From Paramoeba atlantica (taxonomy: Eukaryota; Protista; Discosea), in assembly GCA_977017575.1 (NCBI GenBank), contig CDRNVI010000035.1, positions 1 to 64,000 on the forward strand: a stretch of 64,000 nucleotides of DNA, read 5' to 3'. Within the stretch, counting starts at the first letter, position 1. Each line of letters opens with the position of its first letter. The position numbers and the translations under genes were made by a program. The notes under the pieces were generated by a model. It was not told the DNA's origin, made no database searches, and was given only the letters and a program-made list of their open reading frames with translations. This document shows positions 23,101 through 34,028 of this stretch, one piece after another.

Positions 23101-23812
23101 CTATCTCTTCAGATATAGTGTCATGATGCGCCTAGGTTGCACGCCCCCCGAAATGCCAGACCTCATTCCATGCCCTGGATGCTCAACCGAACTGTCTGCA
23201 AGCAACGCCCTGCACCACGTAGCCGGATGTACACAATGCTCTGGAGTTAATGCTACAAGAAAGCACACACATCTTATTCGGTTCCTTGGGGAATTGTGCG
23301 CGAAAGCTGGTCTGCCGCACGTGCTCGAACCAAGAGTTCATACATCATTCTACTGCACGAAATGCAAGGCCTCCATCTCGGATGAAGCAGTTGAGAACCA
23401 TCCCTGTAAAGCGCGACGCATAAGATCAGGACCTGACCTTGGGATCATGTGGCCTACCATCGGAGAGGTGCTATACGACTTAACGGTAGTACACACATGT
23501 GCGCCAAGCCACATAAAATCAACTCCTGAACAACTGATGCAGAATGCTCTGGAAAGAAAGAACAAGAAGTATGTGGTGGAAAAGGGTATTCCAACGCAGG
23601 AATTTAGTTGCCTAGCGGTTACAGAGTTCGGACAACTCCATCAAAATACCAGGCGATTGTTGGAGTGCTTAGCGAAACGGTCGGAAAGAAATGTCAATGA
23701 AGTCAAGGAAGCGTTTCAGCTAGAGATTGAAAAGATGAACGCCTACACTGTAGCTAATCAACTGAGAAAGTACATGACACCAACTCAATGGCTGGGAGAA
23801 CTCCAACAATAA
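20159..23812 (+). CDS. Intact non-LTR retrotransposon family A2 (CRE/SLACS-like): LsmAD-like domain, beta-rich domain, RT, CCHC finger, restriction-like endonuclease
   Basis: Single ORF; VDYANAYN, GVRQGSALS, AYMDDI, LGGLGL, CPGC..HHVAGC, RKH, PDLGI..YDLTVVH; relict SL at 20107-20126. Confidence 0.93.
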   Translation: MFTRQFTCRERDYEDQNVDFTREANRHELGSWNQFAANEKLTNNKPSTYNDLLYTTGIPAHTSKEWNEKLTRVVEEIGVGTTPDQGHDKHRDEEDRYSSVTASKTQEPPVIKKLSNGMQLRPRASPNSSQTQEAIRIKSSPHSGSKHERKLKPPPSKQIKCTGRIPQRKETVSDSSENSDASTTSIESTMSDMATDSEDHGGDADMSADENDTHTDFQKAPDQIHRTIRSWGKGTKCKVNWKFRNTETLYQSTGEVIARWSRRGNVRVKVQYAPANGEGPSGILHLPSSYKIEIHDLRATELTRIPMNAIHEIEIPDVPETDMGNDLDPLPSLAHIDPGFAVHVIAIFRAIIRNYPKLQLTSEKTAMWHKFLNAPRESLATVQQAVTRKQSAPRKQKLQHVEWESMSQGEKEEMEVDRRSIRNALKNARASNISKATRILDNVYLDSTLSMDEKVKKLRQLHPEGTPLLATTSDFPQIGVVEKHEIISAISKLAPGAAPGPTGLSESMLHLLASDEESSTALSHMIRDVINGEVCETVRTRLTRCRLLALNKPMNGVRPIAVGETLLKVCGTILLQRHEEKIKDFFHPVQCGVLQRNACEGIVHTIAKEYEEGYTILAVDYANAYNTPTRQSIYDALKKYNIFKPFMRLFALEYGAPSDFLFFANDTLHSTIKSTSGVRQGSALSSLYFCALIQDSLKDIEELFPEVKVRAYMDDITLSSRDPATLEAAFLHLREASNDLGLKVNFSKCEWFKKASDSAYNQEQTPQSLQDLGMSATHETIKILGAYIGNDQIVSNLLVRKLEKHKCLFRRLYRMGPSNLSLAILQKCTNPRQDYHIRVHKPDASLELAQQFDTEIGNIVSHWFQARGDSLRLASLPEKLGGLGLTPSCLKHKYFYSASRRSIEEQGKSLNAPVEKSKHTKKISVLPEDKSTASKMATKAIRGEQKMIAAELRRNKKLNDILDRTTNSHNHLHSTSNYVNPYLFRYSVMMRLGCTPPEMPDLIPCPGCSTELSASNALHHVAGCTQCSGVNATRKHTHLIRFLGELCAKAGLPHVLEPRVHTSFYCTKCKASISDEAVENHPCKARRIRSGPDLGIMWPTIGEVLYDLTVVHTCAPSHIKSTPEQLMQNALERKNKKYVVEKGIPTQEFSCLAVTEFGQLHQNTRRLLECLAKRSERNVNEVKEAFQLEIEKMNAYTVANQLRKYMTPTQWLGELQQ

Positions 23813-24292
23813 ACAAGTAGCAGCTGATTAATGCAACGAATATTAATATTACCGATCCAGCTAGCGCCTGTCCGAATACCAAACGTTTGTTTAATTCACC
23901 CCTTTTTTGTTTTTTTTTTCCAAACTCGAATACGTAAAGCAAAGATATGGAATAGCAATAACAAAAGGAAAAGGGGCTCGGTCCTTTTTGAGACTTTAAG
24001 GACAATACATCCGTTCCTCTCTTCTGTCCTTTTCTATGAGTTTACGATATGAAATTTAGGATACTATAACTGAAGTTCTTAATTTTGTGGATGGGGGGTT
24101 TTGCACGTCCTTTCCTAAGCATATTCCCCCATCCCCTGTTTATACACCCCTCGTTTATACACCCCCCATTTAAATATGTAAAGATGCATATGAACGAAAT
24201 TAGGATTATATTGTTTAATATCGTTCCAACTTTAAAACTAATACTCAAATATTTTTTTTTAGGTAGTTGGTCAAGATTATCAAGTAGTTATC

Positions 24293-26122
24293 ATGAAAGA
24301 GTACGAAGAGGGCTACACTATGCTAACGGTGGATTTTAAAAATGCTTACAACACCCCTCATCGCACCGCAATAGCAAACGCGCTCATTCAGCATCCGGTC
24401 TTCAAACACTTTATGAGGCTCTTTAACCTGGAATACGGAAAGCCGTCTGAGCTCCTCTTCTTCGCCAACAACTCTCTCCACACTATCATAGAAAGTTCGT
24501 CGGGGGTCCGCCAAGGGTCAGCGCTCTCCTCTCTGTATTTCTGTGCTTTATTGCAAGGGCCGCTAATGGAAGTAGCTAGTCTATACCCGGAAGTTCACGT
24601 CAGAGCATATCAAGATGACGTCACTATGAGCTCAATGAACCCCACGTCGCTTGAAGCAGCTTTTCTTCACTTGAGAGAACTCACGCAGGATATAAACCTC
24701 CAGATAAACTTCAACAAGTGCGAATGGTTTCAGAAGGCCACAAGTGAACATTCCGGCATCTCTGCTTTGAGCAAGATGGGGGTTACGGCTTGCGAAGGTT
24801 CAATAAAGGTGCTCGGGGGATACATCGGGGGAGATAAGATTGTCGAAACGAAACTGCTCGAAAAATTAAAGAAGCATGAATGTCTGTTTCGTAGACTGAA
24901 GCTCATGGGACCAAGCAATCTTTCACTTGCCATTCTCAAAAAGTGCACCTTACCCAGACACGACTACCACCTCAGGATTCATAGACCTGAAGCAACATTG
25001 CAACTGGCGCAGGTTTTTGATCACGAGATTGGCCAAGTTTTGAAGCTATGGTGTGGGGCGGGCAGAGAAGCTTTAAAACTTGCTGGGCTTCCCTGCAAAA
25101 TGGGCGGTCTTGGGATCACTTCGACTTTGTTAAAACATCGTTACTTTTTTGAGGCGTCACGGAAATCTATTGAAGAGCAAAATTTACTCACTAAAGCTCC
25201 GGTAGATTTCAAGAAATCTCATAAAAGCAGCAAGACTCAAGCAATCAAGGTTCGAAGCCAAGCTGCGCGAGTGCAGTTGAAGAAACAGATGGCAGGGGAG
25301 CACACTAAAGTGTTAGCGGAGTTGAACAGCATCCCTTCGTTAGAGCGGATTATAAAGCGCACAAAAGAATCCAACCTTCATTTAGACTCCATTAACAACT
25401 ACGTCAATCCTCATTTGTTTCGTTATTCCCTTATGATGCGCCTGGGCATTGAACTCCCCGACGCTCCAAGAGAAATATCATGCCCGGGTTGTGGCACGGT
25501 CGAGTCTCCAAGCGGCATAATTCCACATGTGGCAGGCTGTTCCCGGTGTTCAGGAATGAATTGCACGCGCAAACACTCTCACATAATCCGCTACTTGGCA
25601 GACTTATGCGCAAAGGCTCGACTCCCGCGTGCAATAGAACCGCGCACCCACGCTTCTTTTTACTGTACCAAGTGCAAGTGTGACATTTCTGCAGATGTGG
25701 CAGATGAACATCCGTGCCGAGCCCGTCGTATTCGCTCTGGACCCGACCTAGCTTTAATGTGGCCCAATGTGGGGGAGATTCTTTACGACGTAACGGTGGT
25801 CCATACGTGCTGTGCGAGTTATGCGAAGCAATCTAGCGCAGCTCTCCTTCAAGGAGCGATTGAAAGGAAAAACCGGAAATACGTGCAAGAGAAAGGGATG
25901 GACCCGGAATCTTTTCAATGCATCTCAATGACTGATTGCGGCCTGTTGCATGAAGAAACGAAAAGTCTCCTCAAGGCTTTGTCGAAAAGGGCGGACTGCG
26001 ATACTCAAGTAGTGCGTCAAGCCTTTCAGCTCGAAATTGAAAAATTCTCTGCTTATGCAGTTGTTTCTCAACTACGACAATACATTCCTGCCGTACAGTG
26101 GGTAGGAGGGCTTCGTTGTTGA
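24293..26122 (+). CDS. Family A1 C-terminal half (RT, thumb, REL)
   Basis: VDFKNAYN, RQGSALS, YQDD, PDLAL..YDVTVVH; continues exactly from IVHEL at 19088. Confidence 0.9.
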   Translation: MKEYEEGYTMLTVDFKNAYNTPHRTAIANALIQHPVFKHFMRLFNLEYGKPSELLFFANNSLHTIIESSSGVRQGSALSSLYFCALLQGPLMEVASLYPEVHVRAYQDDVTMSSMNPTSLEAAFLHLRELTQDINLQINFNKCEWFQKATSEHSGISALSKMGVTACEGSIKVLGGYIGGDKIVETKLLEKLKKHECLFRRLKLMGPSNLSLAILKKCTLPRHDYHLRIHRPEATLQLAQVFDHEIGQVLKLWCGAGREALKLAGLPCKMGGLGITSTLLKHRYFFEASRKSIEEQNLLTKAPVDFKKSHKSSKTQAIKVRSQAARVQLKKQMAGEHTKVLAELNSIPSLERIIKRTKESNLHLDSINNYVNPHLFRYSLMMRLGIELPDAPREISCPGCGTVESPSGIIPHVAGCSRCSGMNCTRKHSHIIRYLADLCAKARLPRAIEPRTHASFYCTKCKCDISADVADEHPCRARRIRSGPDLALMWPNVGEILYDVTVVHTCCASYAKQSSAALLQGAIERKNRKYVQEKGMDPESFQCISMTDCGLLHEETKSLLKALSKRADCDTQVVRQAFQLEIEKFSAYAVVSQLRQYIPAVQWVGGLRC

Positions 26123-26500
26123 AGCGGGGCTTTGCCTTTCTTCTGTCCGGGTCACCTTTTTCTAATGTTGGATGCCCGCCTTGAGTCTTTTGGATATTGA
26201 TTGGATTCTGGTCCTAATATAATTATTTGGTAGGTAATATTCCAATGTCCGGAAAATGAGTATGTTAAAAAAAAATGAGTATGTGCTGTTATAGAAGTCT
26301 TGAAAATTGTGAAGTATTTTCTGACATGTAATGTTATTTAAGTTATGGGCTACGTCTCTACTTCGTTGAATATTCAACGAAGCGCCGTCGGTTCGTTGAA
26401 CGATTCAACGAATGAGATTCCAAGCCGAGGCATTACGGATCAAAAGAAGACATGTCAATCAATTGAATTTTCAAATTATGACTGTCTCCAAAATAACCTC

Positions 26501-29157
26501 AACATTCGGAGCGCACACTCACGAGTGCATAAATCCACTTTGGCGCACCGCTGCGTGCTGCACGTTGTCTCAGCTTTCGGTTTTCAGAAAAAGGCATATC
26601 AAAGTTTTGCGACTTCACGACTTCAATCGCGGCGATTTGCATGTGCGCTGCCTCGGATCGCGCAACGCAAATCCATCAACATTCGGAGCGCACACTCACG
26701 AGTGCATAAATCCACGTTGGCGCGCCCCTGCGTGCTGCGCGTGGTCTCAGCTTTTGGTTTTCAGAAAAAGACGTATCAAAGTTTTCTGACTTCACGACTT
26801 CAATCGCGGCGATTTGCGTGTGCGGTGCCTCGGATCGCGCAACGCAAATCCATCAACATTCGGAGCGCGCACTCACGAGTGCATAAATCCACTTTGGCGC
26901 GCCGCTGCGTGCTGCGCGTGGTCTCAGCTTTCGGTTTTCAGAAAAAGGCATATCAAAGTTTTGTGACTTCACGACTTCAATCGCGGCAATTTGCGTGTGC
27001 GGTGCCTCGGATCGCGCAACGCAAATCCATAAACATTCGGAGCGCACACTCACGAGTGCATAAATCCACTTTGGCGCGCCCCTGCGTGCTGCGCGTGGTC
27101 TCAGCTTTCGGTTTTCAGAAAAAGGCATATCAAAGTTTTGTGACTTCACGACTTCAATCGCGGTGATTTGCGTGTGCGCTGCCTCGGATCGCGCAACGCA
27201 AATCCATAAACATTCGGAGCGCACACTCACGAGTGCATAAATCCACTTTGGCGCGCCCCTGCGTGCTGCGCGTGGTCTCAGCTTTCGGTTTTCAGAAAAA
27301 GGCATATCAAAGTTTTGTGACTTCAATCGCGGTGATTTGCGTGTGCGGTGCCTCGGATCGCGCAACGCAAATCCACAAACATTCGGAGCGCACACTCACG
27401 AGTGCATAAATCCACTTTGGCGCGCCGCTGCGTGCTGCGCGTGGTCTCAGCTTTCGGTTTTCAGAAAAAGGCATATCAAAGTTTTGTGACTTCACGACTT
27501 CAATCGCGGCGATTTGCGTGTGCGGTGCCTCGGATCGCGCAACGCAAATCCATAAACATTCGGAGCGCACACTCACGAGTGCATAAATCCACTTTGGCGC
27601 GCCGCTGCGTGCTGCGCGTGGTCTCAGCTTTCGGTTTTCAGAAAAAGGCATATCAAAGTTTTGTGACTTCACGACTTCAATCGCGGCGATTTGCGTGTGC
27701 GGTGCCTCGGATCGCGCAACGCAAATCCATCAACATTCGGAGCGCACACTCACGAGTGCATAAATCCACTTTGGCGCGCCCCTGCGTGCTGCGCGTGGTC
27801 TCAGCTTTCGGTTTTCAGAAAAAGGCATATCAAAGTTTTGTGACTTCACGACTTCAATCGCGGCGATTTGCGTGTGCGGTGCCTCGGATCGCGCAACGCA
27901 AATCCATAAACATTCGGAGCGCACACTCACGAGTGCATAAATCCACTTTGGCGCGCCCCTGCGTGCTGCGCGTGGTCTCAGCTTTCGGTTTTCAGAAAAA
28001 GGCATATCAAAGTTTTGTGACTTCACGACTTCAATCGCGGCGATTTGCGTGTGCGGTGCCTCGGATCGCGCAACGCAAATCCATAAACATTCGGAGCGCA
28101 CACTCACGAGTGCATAAATCCACTTTGGCGCGCCCCTACGTGCTGCGCGTGGTCTCAGCTTTCGGTTTTCAGAAAAAGGCATATCAAAGTTTTGTGACTT
28201 CACGACTTCAATCGCGGTGATTTGCGTGTGCGCTGCCTCGGATCGCGCAACGCAAATCCATCAACATTCGGAGCGCACACTCACGAGTGCATAAATCCAC
28301 TTTGGCGCGCCCCTGCGTGCTGCGCGTGGTCTCAGCTTTCGGTTTTCAGAAAAAGGCATATCAAAGTTTTGTGACTTCATGACTTCAATCGCGGCGATTT
28401 GCGTGTGCGGTGCCTCGGATCGCGCAACGCAAATCCACAAACATTCGGAGCGCACACTCACGAGTGCATAAATCCACTTTGGCGCGCCCTTGCGTGCTGC
28501 GCGTGGTCTCAGCTTTCGGTTTTCAGAAAAAGGCATGAAAGTATACGATAATAATTTAACGTAGTGGAAATATTAAAAGGAGGAGAATATTGATAGAATA
28601 TCGTTTTACATTATTGTTAGATTCTTACTCGTTTTATTGCTAAAGGGATATTTTGTGGGTGGGTGCCGGCGAATTCCCACTCGTAAGTTAACAAGTAATA
28701 ATTTTATTCAGATGCAACCTTTATAGGAGTACAATGCGATTTCAAGGTATAAAGTCTGTGATAGCTGTAGGTCAATATATCATATTATATTTAATTTTTG
28801 TTATTTTACTACATAAAACAGTCAAATGTCCCGGAGGAAAATTATATCAAAGTTTTGTGACTTCACGACTTCAATCGCGGCGATTTGCGTGTGCGGTGCC
28901 TCGGATCGCGCAACGCAAATCCATCAACATTCGGAGCGCACACTCACGAGTGCATAAATCCACTTTGGCGCGCCCCTGCGTGCTGCGCGTGGTCTCAGCT
29001 TTCGGTTTTCAGAAAAAGGCATATCAAAGTTTTGTGACTTCACGACTTCAATCGCGGTGATTTGCGTGTGCGGTGCCTCGGATCGCGCAACGCAAATCCA
29101 TCAACATTCGGAGCGCACACTCACGAGTGCATAAATTCACTTTGGCGCGCCGCTGCG
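26501..29157. repeat. 177-bp tandem satellite, about 13 units, interrupted at 28540-28845
   Basis: AACATTCGGAGCGCAC recurs at 26501, 26678 and onward with period 177. Confidence 0.97.
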
Positions 29158-32100
29158 TTTTTTTTTTTTTTTTTTTGAATCGCGGCATTGCCTCTATATT
29201 TTGACCCAGTAGACGAACCAAGTACATAGTAGGTCCATTGGGGGGGTATACGAGTTGAAAACAAGCAATCAAATTAGCAATTTGAAAATTTAGCTTTTTT
29301 TTTTTTTTTACTAAAAACTAGCAAACAATTCTACCCGAAATCCACCCGTAATCAAATCACTCCCGCACCAAAACTAAGACCCGTGACGGCACGTCGGTTA
29401 GTGACTTGGTACCCCCCCTTGCCCCCCTCCCTTTCGCAGAGAAACACCCTCCCCCCCCTGCGGCTGTTAAATGATTGGGGGGGACCGAATTACTCATCGT
29501 TCCCATATCCAAGGAGGGCCGTGTCAGGGACCGCCGCGGGAAGTCGGAGTACCAGCATCCGAGCCTGTGTCCGCATCAGAGTGATGTTAAGTGACGTCAC
29601 CAATTGGTGTAAGGCTTCCCCGTTCGAAAGGGTACCCCCGGAGTATGCCGCACGAGAGACGGAAACCTCCTTGAGGATCGCAAAGGCGCTTGGACTCCAC
29701 GCTCCATAAGATTCCACGACCATCGCTCCAAATCGATGGCGTGCGAACTCTGCTTCCTCTCTTTGCTTCTTTTTGTTTTCGGTGGCGTATCGTTCCGCAA
29801 AAGACCCCGCCGTCACCCAGTTAGCATCACGGACTAAGTCCGTATACTTTGGTTGCTGAACATGAGTGACGGCGAAGTCTAATACAAGAGACTGGCCTAG
29901 CCCGATTGTAGGGATGAACACGTCTCCGGGCCTGGTGAGGGCGCCCCCAGGACCCTTGTTGCCCAGACTCACTTCTCTCCGCGGGGTGAAACCGGCCTTT
30001 TTACTTCAGAAGTAAACTGTGCCGCTAGTGCGTTGTGGCGTGCGATTATACCATGCCCGCTTTTGCACCCCAGAGCGGGGTGCCTCGGGATCTAGAGGTA
30101 GCGTACATTTTTCCATAGGACAAGGCCGGGACGCTGGATAGACTGGGTCCCCTAGCCACCAGCGTGTGAGGGTGCGAAACTCCGTCGGTGTGAAAGCCAG
30201 ACCGGTTTTCTTGGAGGGGATCACAAAAGCCCATTCTGAGGCTCCTTCTCCTGTTTCTGATATCCACCTGGCCCGTGTGCGAAGGTCAGCTTTCGCAAAT
30301 GCCTCGTGAAATTCCTGGTTGGCGATGGCGTGGCTAAGGTCGCGTTGTCGGGGAATCACCAGTTCTGTTCCGGATTCCTGCGCGTCGGTATACGGAGAAT
30401 CAGTCGCCAAAGCCATACTTTTCGGAATTTTGCCGCCTTGTTGGACCACCGTCTTTCCGGCACGCCTGTTCACCTCCCGCACGGCATGGTCAAAGCCCTC
30501 AGCGTCCGCTGGGTCCCAACGGTCTTTGTCCGTTGAGAAAGCTACGGAGGCAACGTAAGCCGCACTCGAATGTTCCCCCGCCGACCGAAGGCCCAACCCC
30601 CCGTACCGCTTTTCGCGTTGCGCCTGGCGTCGCGCCCCATCACTCAAAGGACGGAAGAAGTGTTCAATAGTGCGCTGGACGGCATCATCTAAGCGTTGGC
30701 AGATATCTTGAAGTTCCGTTGTCGGGGTAGTCCTGAGCGAGTAAACCATTTTACAGAAACCAGTACAGTGGCGTATGAGGGAAAGGGCCACCTGGGGATC
30801 TTCAAGTGTAGCTATGGCCTCGAGAGATTCCTCTGCCATGTCGATTGTGTTCTTGAGAAAGAATTCGCGGCAAAATTCTGTCGAACCAATTGGACTCCCC
30901 AAAATATGAAAATTTCCTGCCGAATTCGTGTTCAGACCGGGGATGTCAGGGAAAAGTGAGCAACGATGGGAGGAAGCTGGGTGTGTTGCGATCTCGCACT
31001 TGGCCACGTTGATATGCAATCCCCATTTCGGGCCGGACATCGCGATCACGTCTAGTGCGTGCCGAACGTCGCAGGGATGGACCGGTGAGTATCCCGTCGT
31101 CTAAGTACCACAGGTTTAAAGCGAGTTTCGGAGCGGCAGTGTGGATTTGTAGGGAAACTTCTTTCATCACAAGCGAAAAGAGCAGAGGGCCCAGGGGGTC
31201 GCCTTGTTGCACCCCTTCAGATGATTCGATAAAGCGTGAGCCAAAGGTCAGAATGCTCTGAGTGTTGTAACACCACTCCACGTACGCACCCAGCTCAGGG
31301 AAATGCTGGCGTGTTAGGGCCACAAAGAAATCCCGTGAGACGTTATTGAAAGCGTTTTTGAGGTCGACTTTGCATAGCAGGAAGTCGTCATCCTCAATAT
31401 GTTCGGCGAAGGTCTTCCGACAGAGGTGGATGATGCGCTCGGCTCCAGCAGGTGTGGCTACGCCGTACTGGTGCCCTCTGAAGAGTTTTCGGGCCTTGAA
31501 TTTTGCGGAGAGGCAGGCAACTTTGCTTGCCAAGCGGCGAAGGGTTTCTCCGGCAGCAATTGGACGAACATCGTGTTCACCCTTTTTCAGAGCGCATAAC
31601 CGACCACCCGCAAAATAATCTTTGACTTCCAACGGTGCTTTTCCTGCGAGCAAGTGATTGGTAAACTTCGTAAGCGTGCCCAGAGGATCGGTGTACGCGT
31701 CGTGATGGTACTGCATCGCGGCCTGAACGTGCTCCGGCCGCATACCGAAGGCCCCTCCCGAGGACCCTCGGTGGAAAGTCGCTAGGGCCTCGGCTACTTC
31801 GTCTTCCGTTGCTTCAAGCGGTTTTGCTTCCGGCGCTGAAGGGCTTGCCACGTTGAAAGTGCTGTCAAGTCTCTGAGGATGCTTTGCCCGGAGCTTCGAG
31901 TAGGTGGCGTCGTCGTCAGGGGCAAGTGGTTCCGAAGTTAATGCTGTCATGGCGCGGGAGAGCTCCGCGTCGCGGACAAGCCGTTCTGCCCGTAAAGCCG
32001 CTTTCTTTACTTCTTCGTCTATGGTAAGCGCTTGTGGTACATTTTTCTTTTTGCGTGATACACTCGAGACAGCTTCTTTCCAAAGCGCCAGGAAATCTTT

Positions 32101-33619
32101 GTTGGACCATCTCGCGAGGCACTTCTTTACATGGGAGGCGTAAGAGGCTTTTGCGCGGTTACCTCCGCGATGAGGGGCGGGTAGGACGCATTTGGGCAGC
32201 ATGGCGAGGAGTGTCCATGCCTCGAGCGTGTTCTCTCTCGCTGCTGTGGATAAGCAACCGCAGAGTGTTTTAGCCCATTCTTGGCAACTGTTGGGGATGT
32301 CCTTGCAAGTGTTAATAAGTAGCGCACTGATAGAGGATAAACTCGGAAGGGGTGTGTCGGAGACTTTCACGTTTTCGCTTACTACGCTTTGATGAGAGGG
32401 TGTGGAAGGTGAGTTAAGGGCAGGCAGAGCATTCGAGTCCACATTGGGGCTTAGAACAGGATCGGCACTGCTCGTCGAGGGCGACGGACGGCTTTGAGGA
32501 GAGGAATGGCGGAACATGCAGATCTTGTCGTGGGTTTCCCGTTTGCCTTGATCATAATGTTTATTGCAATCATGACACCTAAAACGTCCTTCGTCTTTCC
32601 ACCACTCGTCTGGGACCTCATCACCGTGTCTGTTTGCTACGTGGTTGTGGAATGCCTGCCATTGGCCCCCGTGGGGCCCTGTTTTCCAAGTACATCCCTC
32701 GAAGGGACATTTTCGCGTATTTTCATGCGTGGTGTGTGTTTTTTCTATCGCACAGTTTTGGGTTGGGGTCGGTTCGGGGGCATTGTTCATTGTTTCAGCT
32801 TTGGGGGCGTCAGGGGAGGTAGTTTTCGACACCTGCTGGGGACGTTTACGTTTGCCTACAGCCGTTTTCGGGGTTAACTTCTTCAGGGGTGATTCAGCCG
32901 GAGAGCTGTGAACACTTGTTGACGCATCTGTGGAGTCACGGTCATCACTGTCGCCCCCAGACTCGGTGCATAACTGGGTATGTAGCTGGGAAAGTGAGAT
33001 CCCTTTAGGGCGCTTTTTCTTTTTCCTTACTTTGGTTCCACCGCTCAACGAAAAATCGAGGTCTTGAGGCGTCAGGTCGGGGAAAATTAATTTGTCGTCG
33101 TCATAATTGTATTCGGTACGAGCTATCCCCCGGTTGTGGCGCTCGCATTTCTCCTTCACAGCCTTGTTTGTAGATTTCGATTGGCTGAGTGAAGAAGGAG
33201 CGGCCCCTTCGAACTGGAAAACGGAATTCTCGGTGGGACGGACGCTGGAAAATAATTCTTCTTCCGAGCTCGTTTGCTGACGCCCTGTGTCTGGTGTCAC
33301 GCCTTCGATGGAGTTCGTAATGCTGAGGGCAATGTCTTCGGCCCGTTGTTCTAATTCTGATGAAGGATCCGGCGGAAGTGGTGTCGTATACAGCTCTTCC
33401 TTGTATGTGCTAGCGCCTTTAACCAGGTCTTTGTTTGCCTGAAACTGGTCCCATGAACCGAGCTTGTGCGCGCCCGCTTCGCGATCAAAGTTGGATTCCT
33501 GTTTTGCTTTAGAGCGAGTTAGAACCATGGAACGTGAGAAAGATTAAGAAAATAAATCAACAAGGTACAACAAGGTACAGAAACAACAAGGTACAGAAAC
33601 TGTATCTTTATCGTTAAAG
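29158..33619 (-). mobile_element. Full-length non-LTR element B: SL, 5-prime UTR, ORF, 3-prime UTR, poly(A)
   Basis: T-run at about 29158-29177 abutting the satellite; SL plus two relicts at 33558-33619. Confidence 0.9.
29490..33528 (-). CDS. Family B RT-REL polyprotein with LsmAD-like N-terminus and Zn fingers; two 1-nt frameshifts (about 31070 and 30140)
   Basis: KVDLKNAFN, GVQQGDPLGP, WYLDDG, GGLGL, RPGDVFI..LDFAVT; three ORFs collinear with intact family C. Confidence 0.9.
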
Positions 33620-34028
33620 TTTTTTTTTTTTCTTGTCTTTGTTTTTTTTTTTTTGTTTGATTCTGGTTTACAGCTGAATTTTCCGTTTTTTTTTTTTACG
33701 GGACATATGTGCGATATGTGAACACGTGTGATATAGGAAAGAATTGCCTCTTCAGGAGGTTTTCTAAAAAAAACTTTTTTTTTTTTTTGGTGAGCTCAAA
33801 ACTAGCAAATGTATGTAAAGCCCAACCAAACCGAGCAAACCCAAACCAAGCAAACCCGAAACGAGCAAACCTCAACCTGCCACCTCTCTCACTACCCCGG
33901 ACCTTATTGCCCGCAGGACCGTCAGACGCTGGCCACAACCCCCCTGCAGAACCAGGAACCAAACAAAGCAACCACGACACTTACCGCCCCACCCTTGCCC
34001 ACGAGGTTTTCCACCTCTTGGCCGCTTG

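Noticed and set aside
26501-29157. Homology to the Trypanosoma brucei 177-bp repeat
   Set aside because: Same period only; this unit is GC-rich and I can support no sequence similarity
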